From Parcubacteria group bacterium (lineage in GTDB: Bacteria > Patescibacteriota > Microgenomatia > UBA1400 > PJMF01), in the NCBI GenBank assembly GCA_943350175.1, contig CALQZX010000006.1:1-51375 (forward strand): DNA of 51,375 nt, in the 5' to 3' direction. Under the pieces are notes generated by a model. The model did no database searches. It had not been told where the DNA came from and saw only the letters and a list, made by a program, of their open reading frames with translations. Shown in pieces: positions 1 to 7,405 of the stretch (its first letter is position 1; each line of letters starts with the position of its first letter). A program made the translations under genes and the position numbers.

Positions 1-558
1 AGATCTAAAAGAAATAATGCCATATTTATCAACCACTTCATGATCAACTTCCTGAGACATAATCACGCCATCCACCTCTGGATTGGCTTCATAAGCATCG
101 ATCATTACTTTGGCATCACCAGGATTTCCAAAAACCACATCATCACTATAAATGACTAAGAAAGCTTTTTCTCCCTCGACGAAAGCCTTGGCAGAAGCGA
201 TTGGAGAACCATTGCCATATGGCAAACTTTGATCCTGAACAATCACCATAATCTTTGGATAATCTAAGACACGTTGGACTGGCTCGTAGCGATCTTCTTT
301 GCCTTGAGCTGCCAGCTGCTTGCGAATACGGTTAACATTATTATTGAAGTAATCCTCGTAAATTGGCTTTCCCTCTGGGGTGGTGACAATAATGATTTCC
401 TCAATACCAGCTTCCACGCACTCCTCAATAACAAGCTGCATGATAGGACGATTGCCCATTGGCAACATCGCTTTTGGCATGGTCTTGGTAATTGGTAGAT
501 AACGGCTGGCAAAACCAGCATCAGTGACGATTGCTTTACGAACTAGTTTTTCTGACAT
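1..558 (-). CDS. galU: UTP--glucose-1-phosphate uridylyltransferase-like sugar nucleotidyltransferase. The N-terminal 186 codons are present; the C-terminus lies beyond the window start.
   Basis: Hand translation of the minus strand from the ATG at 556-558 gives MSEKLVRKAIVTDAGFASRYLPITKTMPKAMLPMGNRPIMQLVIEECVEAGIEEIIIVT... and stays open to position 1. It fits the GalU N-terminal signature (K-A-[VI]-x3-AG-x3-R-x-LP-x-TK-x2-PK-x-MLP). It is absent from the ORF track because it has no stop inside the window. Confidence 0.75.
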   Translation of the reverse strand, partial: MSEKLVRKAIVTDAGFASRYLPITKTMPKAMLPMGNRPIMQLVIEECVEAGIEEIIIVTTPEGKPIYEDYFNNNVNRIRKQLAAQGKEDRYEPVQRVLDYPKIMVIVQDQSLPYGNGSPIASAKAFVEGEKAFLVIYSDDVVFGNPGDAKVMIDAYEANPEVDGVIMSQEVDHEVVDKYGIISFRS

Positions 559-631
559 AGTTCTAAAAGTATAACATAAGCAGCAAACTTCCAAGAAGAC
601 TCTCACTTGACCCCTGAGCAACAAATCAGCT

Positions 632-1012
632 ATGCTTGAGTTAATGGCTAGTAAAAAAATAAGCAAACTTGAGAAAGAAGAGATTGAATTAAATTTAATT
701 CTCTTCGGGCTTGTTCTTGTTTTATTGCTCTCCATCGTAACTATCTGGCATATTAACTACAAGAAAAGCCGAGTACAGACTCCAAAAATTTATCGCGAGA
801 TATCAAAAGAGTTACTAGCCAAAGCCGACCTCAATCAAGATGGCAAAATTGATGAAAAAGATGCTAAACTAATTAAAGAAGCCTTTTTGAAAGGTGATCC
901 AGAATCTCTCAAAGCTGATCTTAATCAAGATCAAAAAGTTGATGCCAAAGATTACTCATTATTTAACACGATAGTTAATTTAAAAGAGAAAGAAACAAAT
1001 GCCGCAAAATAA
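632..1012 (+). CDS. Small membrane-anchored protein with a two-segment dockerin-like (EF-hand type) Ca-binding module
   Basis: There is one TM helix (LILFGLVLVLLLSIVTIW). It is followed by two about 22-aa segments, each starting with a DxNxDxxxDxxD loop: ADLNQDGKIDEKDAKLIKEAFL and ADLNQDQKVDAKDYSLFNTIV. A second in-frame ATG lies at 644. The 3' end overlaps the next gene by 14 nt. Confidence 0.6.
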   Translation: MLELMASKKISKLEKEEIELNLILFGLVLVLLLSIVTIWHINYKKSRVQTPKIYREISKELLAKADLNQDGKIDEKDAKLIKEAFLKGDPESLKADLNQDQKVDAKDYSLFNTIVNLKEKETNAAK

Positions 1013-2954
1013 AAGAAGCAACCATTTAGCCGTAATCGGTCTGTTTATTATTGTTTTGGTCATGTCCATTTCTTTGTTAGCAGTGATGTTTTTGCGTAAA
1101 CCAATCTCCGAACTCAGTCTTGATAATAGAAAAGCAGCTATGGTTGACTCTGGCTTAGCAGAGATAGACACCTACCCTTTTGATCAAAGCACTCTAAAAG
1201 TAAATGAGGAGCAAAAGATTAATCTTCAATTAAATACCAAAAACAAATCAGTCGATGCTATTGAATTAATTTTTGAAGTGATCGCCGACAAAGGATTATT
1301 AGATAAAAGCAAAATCAAATTTACCGGCACCGTTCCAGCCGAATTAGAAATCAGCAAGCAAGAGGTCATTCAAAGCATCTGCGAAAAAGACTGCTACACA
1401 GTCACTTTACTCTTAAGCACCAAAGATCCAGCCGTCACCTTTAGTACTCATGATCAGATGAAAACTGTCTCTCAATTAAGCTTTACCCCAAAGAAAGAAG
1501 GCAGTCTGAAGCTAAAAATTAGTCAAGACAGCACCGTCATTGAACACGAAACTTCCGACGATATCTTACAAAAACCATCTGTCATCGATTTTCAATATTA
1601 TGTTACCGAAAATGGCATCGACCGTTCTCAATGCTATTTTGAATACACTGCTTGGGGAGAATGTAAAAATGGCTGGCAAACCAGACAATACTCAACTCAA
1701 CCAGATAAATGTCAGTGGTATGAGGATGAAACTCTAAAAGAACTAAGTCAAAAATGCGTTGACAACGATGTCATCAGTGCCAATAGCAGTTATTTCTACC
1801 TAGATTCTCACGATAGCTGTCTAAACCAGCCTTCTGAAGGTGGCTCTTTATACGTCATCTGGAATAGCAAGAAATACACCAATGTCACTTGGATCGATGT
1901 CAGCAGTAGCCCAACTTTTGGAGACTTCTATCATAAAAAAGTTGACGGCAACATTGATCAGACCAATGGAGACTGGCTAATTGTTAATGCCAAAGGCTTT
2001 ACTCACGCCACTGGAACCAAAGGTCCGCTCAGCTTTGAGCCAAATAAAGAATATTTCTTCCGTCTTTACACTACAAATGACGATGGCAAGTTTATATCCT
2101 CAGTTCGTTATTACATCACTTTTTGTAGCGGCAACCAAAGCAGCTATAAGAACTGCAATGATGCCTGTGGAACAAATAGTGACCAGAGCAAGAGTTGTGC
2201 TCCAGGTATGACTTGTACTGCAGAAAATATCTGTAGAAACACCAGTAATCCAAGCAATAGTCTTTGTCTTGCCACACCAGGCATTCAAACTAATGACCGA
2301 AGTTGCAATCAATATTGTGCCAATAACAATGATTGCGGAGCTGGTCTAACCTGTTTCTGGAATCGTTGTCGCGATCCAAAGAACTTAGACAGCGCCTCAT
2401 GTGCAGTAAAAACAGTTGCCATTAAATCTACCTATAGCGGCTCTGGAGCGACTAAAGGAGGCACTAATGTTAATTCCTACACAGATGCTTCAGGAAAAAC
2501 AGTGCTTCTACCTAGCGAAGCTTATGACTTAACCACTAGCAGCTGCAATCAAGGTTGCAACAATAACAGAGACTGTGAAGCAGATATGCGCTGTTACAAA
2601 GGCAAATGTCGTCTAGCAGATAACCCAGAAGAAATCGCTTGCGCAGTCAAATCAACAACTGACAAAGACAAGAGCGCTAGTGGCAGTGCAACTAAAGGTG
2701 AGCCAAGCACTACTCCAATTGCAGCTTCAAATAATGGAATTTTTCAAGGAGACAATAGCATCGGCAAAATACTATCCAACTTCTCATGGCAATGGCTAGC
2801 CTTCGCCGGAGCGATCTTGCTCATCGCAATTGCCTTAATTGTTGCTTCAATTGCCAAGGCCAAAAGAGATCCATGGCAATCTGACAGCATGACTCAATTT
2901 AAAAAACCTGAGGAGACTGTCAAAATTCCAGAGGACAAACCGACGCAATTCTAA
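999..2954 (+). CDS. Surface protein with an N-terminal TM/signal anchor, a cohesin-like beta-sandwich region, three Cys-rich modules and a C-terminal TM anchor
   Basis: 651-aa ORF. N-terminal helix: LAVIGLFIIVLVMSISLLAVMFL. Segment ...KVNEEQKINLQLNTKNKSVDAIELIFEV...VSQLSFTPKKEGSLKLKI resembles cohesin strand patterns (weak). There are three CNxxC-x4-DC-x5-C-x4-CR modules. C-terminal helix: WLAFAGAILLIAIALIVASIA, followed by KAKRD. Confidence 0.6.
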   Translation: MPQNKRSNHLAVIGLFIIVLVMSISLLAVMFLRKPISELSLDNRKAAMVDSGLAEIDTYPFDQSTLKVNEEQKINLQLNTKNKSVDAIELIFEVIADKGLLDKSKIKFTGTVPAELEISKQEVIQSICEKDCYTVTLLLSTKDPAVTFSTHDQMKTVSQLSFTPKKEGSLKLKISQDSTVIEHETSDDILQKPSVIDFQYYVTENGIDRSQCYFEYTAWGECKNGWQTRQYSTQPDKCQWYEDETLKELSQKCVDNDVISANSSYFYLDSHDSCLNQPSEGGSLYVIWNSKKYTNVTWIDVSSSPTFGDFYHKKVDGNIDQTNGDWLIVNAKGFTHATGTKGPLSFEPNKEYFFRLYTTNDDGKFISSVRYYITFCSGNQSSYKNCNDACGTNSDQSKSCAPGMTCTAENICRNTSNPSNSLCLATPGIQTNDRSCNQYCANNNDCGAGLTCFWNRCRDPKNLDSASCAVKTVAIKSTYSGSGATKGGTNVNSYTDASGKTVLLPSEAYDLTTSSCNQGCNNNRDCEADMRCYKGKCRLADNPEEIACAVKSTTDKDKSASGSATKGEPSTTPIAASNNGIFQGDNSIGKILSNFSWQWLAFAGAILLIAIALIVASIAKAKRDPWQSDSMTQFKKPEETVKIPEDKPTQF

Positions 2955-2982
2955 AATGTCACAAATCCAGTAAGATGCTGGC

Positions 2983-3213
2983 TTGAAAAAAAGTCAGCTT
3001 GCAGATAGAATCGCACAAGTTGGAAAACCTATGTTTACAAAAATCAAAGAATATTTCAGAGAAGTCATTTCGCAGCTTAAGCAAACCACTTGGCCAAGTA
3101 AAGAAACCACTAAGAACATGACTTTACTCGTAATTTTAGTTGCCACTCTACTCGCCATCTATCTTGGCGGCATCGATTTTCTCCTACAAGAAATTATGGG
3201 AGTTCTGATATAA
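2983..3213 (+). CDS. secE: Preprotein translocase subunit SecE
   Basis: ...EYFREVISQLKQTTWPSKETTKNMTLLVILVATLLAIYLGGIDFLL is the SecE signature: an amphipathic segment, K.V.WPs, then a single TM. It sits directly upstream of nusG. The ORF-track start at 2983 is TTG. The ATG at 3031 would give a typical 60-aa SecE and is at least as likely. Confidence 0.85.
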   Translation: MKKSQLADRIAQVGKPMFTKIKEYFREVISQLKQTTWPSKETTKNMTLLVILVATLLAIYLGGIDFLLQEIMGVLI

Positions 3214-3252
3214 TATTCTCCTTTGTAAGTAAAGTTTGAATAAAAAGGAATT

Positions 3253-3873
3253 ATGACTGATCAAATGCAAGTCCCAGAAGTACCAGAGATCCAAGAAGTG
3301 AGAGTTGAATCTCCAAACTTGGTCAACATCTCTGATGTCGACAACAAAAAAGCTCGTTGGTACGTCGTTCACGTTTACTCTGGTCATGAGAAGAAAATCG
3401 CCGAGGCTTTGCGCCAACGTGCTCAGACCCTTCATTTGACTGATAAAATCATCCAAGTTTTGATTCCTACTCAAGACAAAATTCAAATTCGTCGCGGACA
3501 ACGCAAAACCGTTAGTGAAAAAATCTTCCCAGGTTATATGTTGGTCAAATTAGAAATGACCGATGATGCTTGGTTAGCTATTCGCACCACCGATGGTGTG
3601 ACCGGTTTCGTCGGCATGAGCAGCAAACCAACTCCACTTCCAAAGAGTGAGGTCGAGGCTATCATGAAATACACCGAGCAATCAGGTGAAGCTTCTTACA
3701 AAGCTGATTTCGTCGATGGTGAAGCTGTCAAAGTTGTCGAAGGACCATTTAATGACTTCCTCGGTACCGTTGACAAAATTGATGAAGAAAAAGGTAAAGT
3801 CACCGTTCTTCTCAACATCTTCGGTAGAGAAACTCCAGTGGAATTGGACTTTTTGCAAGTTAAGAAGGTTTAA
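3253..3873 (+). CDS. nusG: Transcription termination/antitermination factor NusG
   Basis: The NGN domain reads WYVVHVYSGHEKKIAEAL...FPGYMLVKLEM...GVTGFVG. The C-terminal KOW reads FVDGEAVKVVEGPFNDFLGTVDKIDEEKGKVTVLLNIFGRETPVELDFLQV. An AAGGA RBS precedes the ATG. Confidence 0.95.
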   Translation: MTDQMQVPEVPEIQEVRVESPNLVNISDVDNKKARWYVVHVYSGHEKKIAEALRQRAQTLHLTDKIIQVLIPTQDKIQIRRGQRKTVSEKIFPGYMLVKLEMTDDAWLAIRTTDGVTGFVGMSSKPTPLPKSEVEAIMKYTEQSGEASYKADFVDGEAVKVVEGPFNDFLGTVDKIDEEKGKVTVLLNIFGRETPVELDFLQVKKV

Positions 3874-3876
3874 AAC

Positions 3877-4149
3877 CTACTTTTCACAAGCCAGCATTAA
3901 ACCTTTTTCAACGTACTGTTTCATGAGTGCTTGATACGGAACGCCCAAAGCATTGGCTTTTTCTTTGAGTCTGACAAGCAAATGTTCAGGCATGCGAATC
4001 GAAACTGGCTGACTAGTTGGCTTAAGATTTGGGAACGCAATGCGCTGAAAATCCTCTATTTCAAAATGCTCAGTTAAATCTAAGCTATGCCAATAATCTT
4101 GCTCTTCTTGCGCTGTCTTAAATTTTGGTATTTGTAATGGCTTTTTCAT
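3877..4149 (-). CDS. brnA: BrnA-like antitoxin (ribbon-helix-helix, CopG-type)
   Basis: 90 aa. ...FKTAQEEQDYWHSLDLTEHF... is followed by VSIRMPEHLLVRLKEKANALGVPYQALMKQYV, a typical C-terminal RHH. It lies immediately downstream of a DUF497 gene and overlaps it by 32 nt. Confidence 0.7.
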   Translation of the reverse strand: MKKPLQIPKFKTAQEEQDYWHSLDLTEHFEIEDFQRIAFPNLKPTSQPVSIRMPEHLLVRLKEKANALGVPYQALMKQYVEKGLMLACEK

Positions 4150-4426
4150 ATTTTTTTACCTCCCTCTGATGCATGTATCTGGCAGAAACTACTCTAATAT
4201 TTTCTTGTCTCATGGTAAAAACCACATAAAGCCAACGAGCGCGCTGACTGCGACCAATTAGAATATGTCTCGACTCGACTTGATTGTGTTTATGATCAAT
4301 CGCTAACAGTTTTTCTCTACCCAAAAACACTTCTTCTATCTCACTCGTCTCCAATCCATGATTGAGATTCTTCTCAATGTTCCATTGATCCCATTCGAAC
4401 TTCGCTGGTGACTGCCAAACCTTCAT
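4118..4426 (-). CDS. brnT: BrnT-like toxin (DUF497 ribonuclease family)
   Basis: MKVWQSPAKFEWDQWNIEKNLNHGLETSEIEEVF...ESRHILIGRSQRARWLYVVFTMRQENIRVVSARYMHQREVKKY matches the FEWD..N..KH.. DUF497 pattern. The ORF track extends to 4480, but the ATG at 4426 gives the family-typical N-terminus. Confidence 0.7.
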   Translation of the reverse strand: MKVWQSPAKFEWDQWNIEKNLNHGLETSEIEEVFLGREKLLAIDHKHNQVESRHILIGRSQRARWLYVVFTMRQENIRVVSARYMHQREVKKYEKAITNTKI

Positions 4427-4542
4427 GTATATACAATACACTACAAATGACAGTTCTGTCAAGAAAAGACACTTCCCCATTGAACTCTCTCTCTCTGTTT
4501 GAGATACTTAGTTGTATTTATAAATGACAGCTAAGGAAATTT

Positions 4543-4869
4543 ATGGACGAAAATGGAAGCTATAAAAGATTGGAAGGATGGGCCGCAGCTACTGGGACAG
4601 TTGAACACGGTGGTCCCGGACAAGGACCAGATAAAATTAAACCTATTCCAGCTGTTGAAAGTAAAGGTGAAAAAAAGAACTCTACAGAAGTATACAGAGA
4701 AGCTTTTAGCATGATGATCAGCCTACTTGCAAGAATGCCTTTAGATGAAGTGAGAAAAATTAAACAAGATCTGGTTAATATGGGTGGTACGGACAATATG
4801 GTGGTGCTGCAACACGACATTTTAGATCTAATTATAGAGAGAAAAGCTGCAGGCTCTGCTCTAGAGTAA
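4543..4869 (+). CDS. Hypothetical protein (108 aa)
   Basis: An AAGGAA RBS lies 4 nt upstream of the ATG, and the C-terminal half is plausibly helical. I recognise no family. An antisense ORF of equal length (4560-4883) makes the call less certain. Confidence 0.45.
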   Translation: MDENGSYKRLEGWAAATGTVEHGGPGQGPDKIKPIPAVESKGEKKNSTEVYREAFSMMISLLARMPLDEVRKIKQDLVNMGGTDNMVVLQHDILDLIIERKAAGSALE

Positions 4870-4907
4870 AGTTTTTCATTCAACCAGCCTCTCCCAAGCT
4901 TTTTTCA

Positions 4908-4916
4908 TGCTATAAT
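4908..4916 (+). promoter_or_regulatory. Candidate extended -10 promoter (TGcTATAAT) for rplK-rplA
   Basis: TGCTATAAT at 4908-4916 lies about 200 nt upstream of the rplK ATG. No convincing -35 is present. Confidence 0.4.
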
Positions 4917-5050
4917 ACTCTTCTTCAAAGTGTAGATTTGGTGGATTAGGGATCCGCGCTTCTCAGATTTCCAACTTGAAGAAAAACAAATAATTAAACT
5001 AAATTAAAAGAAAAATTAAAGAAAGGAGCAATTTAATTTTCCGATGCGTT

Positions 5051-5086
5051 TAGTCACCCGATCAAACGTCTTTGATCGAGAGACTA
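5051..5086 (+). promoter_or_regulatory. Stem-loop in the rplK 5' leader
   Basis: tagtc-acc-cgatcaaa-cgtc-tttgatcg-aga-gacta forms a 5-bp plus 8-bp helix with a symmetric 3x3 internal loop. It ends 30 nt before the rplK ATG. Confidence 0.45.
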
Positions 5087-5116
5087 CCGAGGAGAAAAAT
5101 TCAAATTGCGACTAGT

Positions 5117-5539
5117 ATGGCCAAAAAAATAAAATCAGTCTTAAAACTCAACCTCTCAGCAGGTACCGCTACCCCAGCACCTCCAGTAGGTCCAATTTTG
5201 GGTCAAGCTGGTATCAACATGATGGACTTTTTGAAGCAATACAATGCTGCAACCGCTGATCAAAAAGGTCAGATTATCCCAGCTGAAATCACCATTTACG
5301 AAAATAATTCTTTTACTTTCGTTTTGAAATTGCCTCCAGTCTCTGACTTGATCAAGCAAACCCTCAAGATGAAAGCTGGCAGCGCCACTCCAGGCAAAGA
5401 CAACAAAGCCAAACTTACTATGGACCAAGTCAAAGCCATTGCTGAAAAGAAAATGCCAGACATGAACACCAGAGACATTAACCAAGCCATGCAAAGTGTC
5501 ATCGGCTCGGCCAGATCTATGGGCATTGATATCGTTTAA
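5117..5539 (+). CDS. rplK: 50S ribosomal protein L11
   Basis: MAKKIKSVLKLNLSAGTATPAPPVGPILGQAGINMMDFLKQYNAAT... is the canonical L11 N-terminus. The ORF-track start at 5072 is an upstream non-ATG extension. Confidence 0.95.
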   Translation: MAKKIKSVLKLNLSAGTATPAPPVGPILGQAGINMMDFLKQYNAATADQKGQIIPAEITIYENNSFTFVLKLPPVSDLIKQTLKMKAGSATPGKDNKAKLTMDQVKAIAEKKMPDMNTRDINQAMQSVIGSARSMGIDIV

Positions 5540-5624
5540 TTAAAATAAATAGACTTGCTTGCAAGTCAAAATACGTGGGAGGCTCAACCTTTACCCTAGC
5601 CGCTTGAACCACAGAAAGTAAAAC

Positions 5625-6356
5625 ATGGGAAGCAAAAAAAATGTCGACAAGACCGTCGAAGAAACCAAAATCAAGGTCGTCGAAGTAGAAACAGAAGTTA
5701 AGGCAGAAGGCGAAGTTGCTGAAATTGCAGTCGCCAAAAAACCAGCCAAAGCCAAAAAAGTTCGTGGCAAAAAATACCGCGCTGTTCGCTCTAAACTAGA
5801 AAAAGCCAAGCTTTATCCAGTTGCAGAAGCTGTCGAATTAGTCAAAAAACTTTCCTACACCAAATTTGTTGGCAGTGTCGAAGCTCACGTCGTCATTAGA
5901 GAAATTGGCGATAACGTAGGCCTAGCTCTACCTCATTCAACTGGCAAGACCGTCAAAGTCACCATCGTTGATGCTAAAGTTCTAGAAGAAATTGAAGCCG
6001 GTAACGTTGATGGTTTTGGAATCTTGGTCGCTCACCCAGAATTTATGGGTAAGCTAGCCAAATTTGCTCGTGTTCTTGGACCAAAAGGCTTAATGCCAAA
6101 TCCAAAAAATGGCACTTTGACCCCAAATCCAGAACTCAAGAAAAAAGAGCTCGAAGCCGGTAAATTCATGCTCAAATCTGAGAAAAAAGCTCCTCTAATG
6201 CACTTAATTATCGGCAAAACCGATATGAAGAGTTCTGAATTAGTCGAAAACGTTGAGGCTTTAGTTAAAGCCCTCAAAGGCAGAATTCTCAAATTGAGTC
6301 TTGCCCCAAGTATGGGACCTGGAATCAAAGTCCTCATTGAAGAGAGCGAAGAATAA
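5625..6356 (+). CDS. rplA: 50S ribosomal protein L1, with an N-terminal extension of about 45 aa
   Basis: ...VRGKKYRAVRSKLEKAKLYPVAEAVELVKKLSYTKFVGSVEAHVVI...LGPKGLMPNPKNGT... is canonical L1. The extension is charged and lysine/glutamate-rich. Confidence 0.92.
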   Translation: MGSKKNVDKTVEETKIKVVEVETEVKAEGEVAEIAVAKKPAKAKKVRGKKYRAVRSKLEKAKLYPVAEAVELVKKLSYTKFVGSVEAHVVIREIGDNVGLALPHSTGKTVKVTIVDAKVLEEIEAGNVDGFGILVAHPEFMGKLAKFARVLGPKGLMPNPKNGTLTPNPELKKKELEAGKFMLKSEKKAPLMHLIIGKTDMKSSELVENVEALVKALKGRILKLSLAPSMGPGIKVLIEESEE

Positions 6357-6380
6357 TTTCTTCACTTAGTTTGTAATAGA

Positions 6381-6409
6381 AAAACCCGCCTTTTTAGGCG
6401 GGTTTTTTG
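6381..6409. terminator. Bidirectional intrinsic terminator between rplA and the Ldh_2 gene
   Basis: aaaa-acccgcc-ttttta-ggcgggt-tttttt: a 7-bp GC-rich stem flanked by an A-run and a T-run. Confidence 0.8.
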
Positions 6410-6413
6410 CATA

Positions 6414-7400
6414 TTAAAATAATTTCTTAAGCTCAAACAACAATTTCTCACTCACTTCAATTTGATCAGTAGCTAAATTCTTTTGTCTATTTAAAAAAGA
6501 TTGCTCACCAGGGAAAAAGATCTCTTTTACTCCATGAGCCTTTGGAGCATTTTTGAGTTCATCAATTGCTTTTTGCACATCATTTTTGAAATCTTCTATA
6601 TTTCTAAAAAGAGTTGGGTCAATTAATAAATAAAATGAGCCCCAACCGCCCTCAACTGCTTTGCCAACTCTAGAATTACTGAGTCCGCCAGCCAAAAGTT
6701 CAACGATAAAGGCTAAGCCAGAACCTTTGTGACCAGCTATTGGCAACAAGCCACCCAACATTGCTTCATTTGGATCAGTAGTTGGCTCCCCATTCTTAGC
6801 AACCGCTACACCTTCTGCCAAAATTTTACCCTCATTTTTGGCAACTAATAAATTTCCAAAAGTAGATTTGGAAGAGGCCATATCTAGAATCACTGGAGCT
6901 CCATAGGCTGGGACTCCTATCGTGATTGGATTTGTCCCCCAAAGATCCTTGCTTGAACCAAAAGGAATTAAATGACCTGGAGAATTATGAAAACCAACAA
7001 AAATTAAGTTTTGCTCTGTAGCTAGGCGCGCGTAATCACCGATGTAACCAGAGGCATAGGCTAAATCTTTGATTCCAACTGCCAAAATGCCTGTTTCTTT
7101 GACTTTGGAGAGAGCCTTTTCCAAAGATTTATAGATCGCGTAAAAACCTGGCTTATATTTACCATCAAAATGAAGAGCTGCCTTATGTTCACTAATTAAA
7201 GCGATATCTTGATCGTTAACAGTAATTTTTCCTGCAACAACTAATGAAGCGATACTTATTAAACGAACCAGGCCATGAGTTTTCTTCTCCACCAATTCAG
7301 CTTCGATTAGATTTTGAGTAATTAACTCTACCTCCTCCAATCGAAAGCCCAGTTTGGCAAGTATTTTCCCAGACAAATCACTAGCTTCGCTGATTTTCAT
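6414..7400 (-). CDS. Ldh_2 family (malate/L-lactate/ureidoglycolate-type) dehydrogenase
   Basis: 328 aa containing THGLVRL, WGTNPITIGVP, ILDMASSKSTFGNL and IAGHKGSGLAFIVELLAG, the characteristic Ldh_2 blocks. Confidence 0.8.
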   Translation of the reverse strand: MKISEASDLSGKILAKLGFRLEEVELITQNLIEAELVEKKTHGLVRLISIASLVVAGKITVNDQDIALISEHKAALHFDGKYKPGFYAIYKSLEKALSKVKETGILAVGIKDLAYASGYIGDYARLATEQNLIFVGFHNSPGHLIPFGSSKDLWGTNPITIGVPAYGAPVILDMASSKSTFGNLLVAKNEGKILAEGVAVAKNGEPTTDPNEAMLGGLLPIAGHKGSGLAFIVELLAGGLSNSRVGKAVEGGWGSFYLLIDPTLFRNIEDFKNDVQKAIDELKNAPKAHGVKEIFFPGEQSFLNRQKNLATDQIEVSEKLLFELKKLF

Positions 7401-7405
7401 AGTTT

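Noticed and set aside
4560-4883. A 107-aa minus-strand ORF antisense to the 108-aa hypothetical gene
   Set aside because: The plus-strand ORF has a well-placed AAGGAA RBS and a more protein-like sequence. The minus-strand product is Ser/Leu/Cys-rich, typical of antisense frames. Neither ORF is strongly supported.
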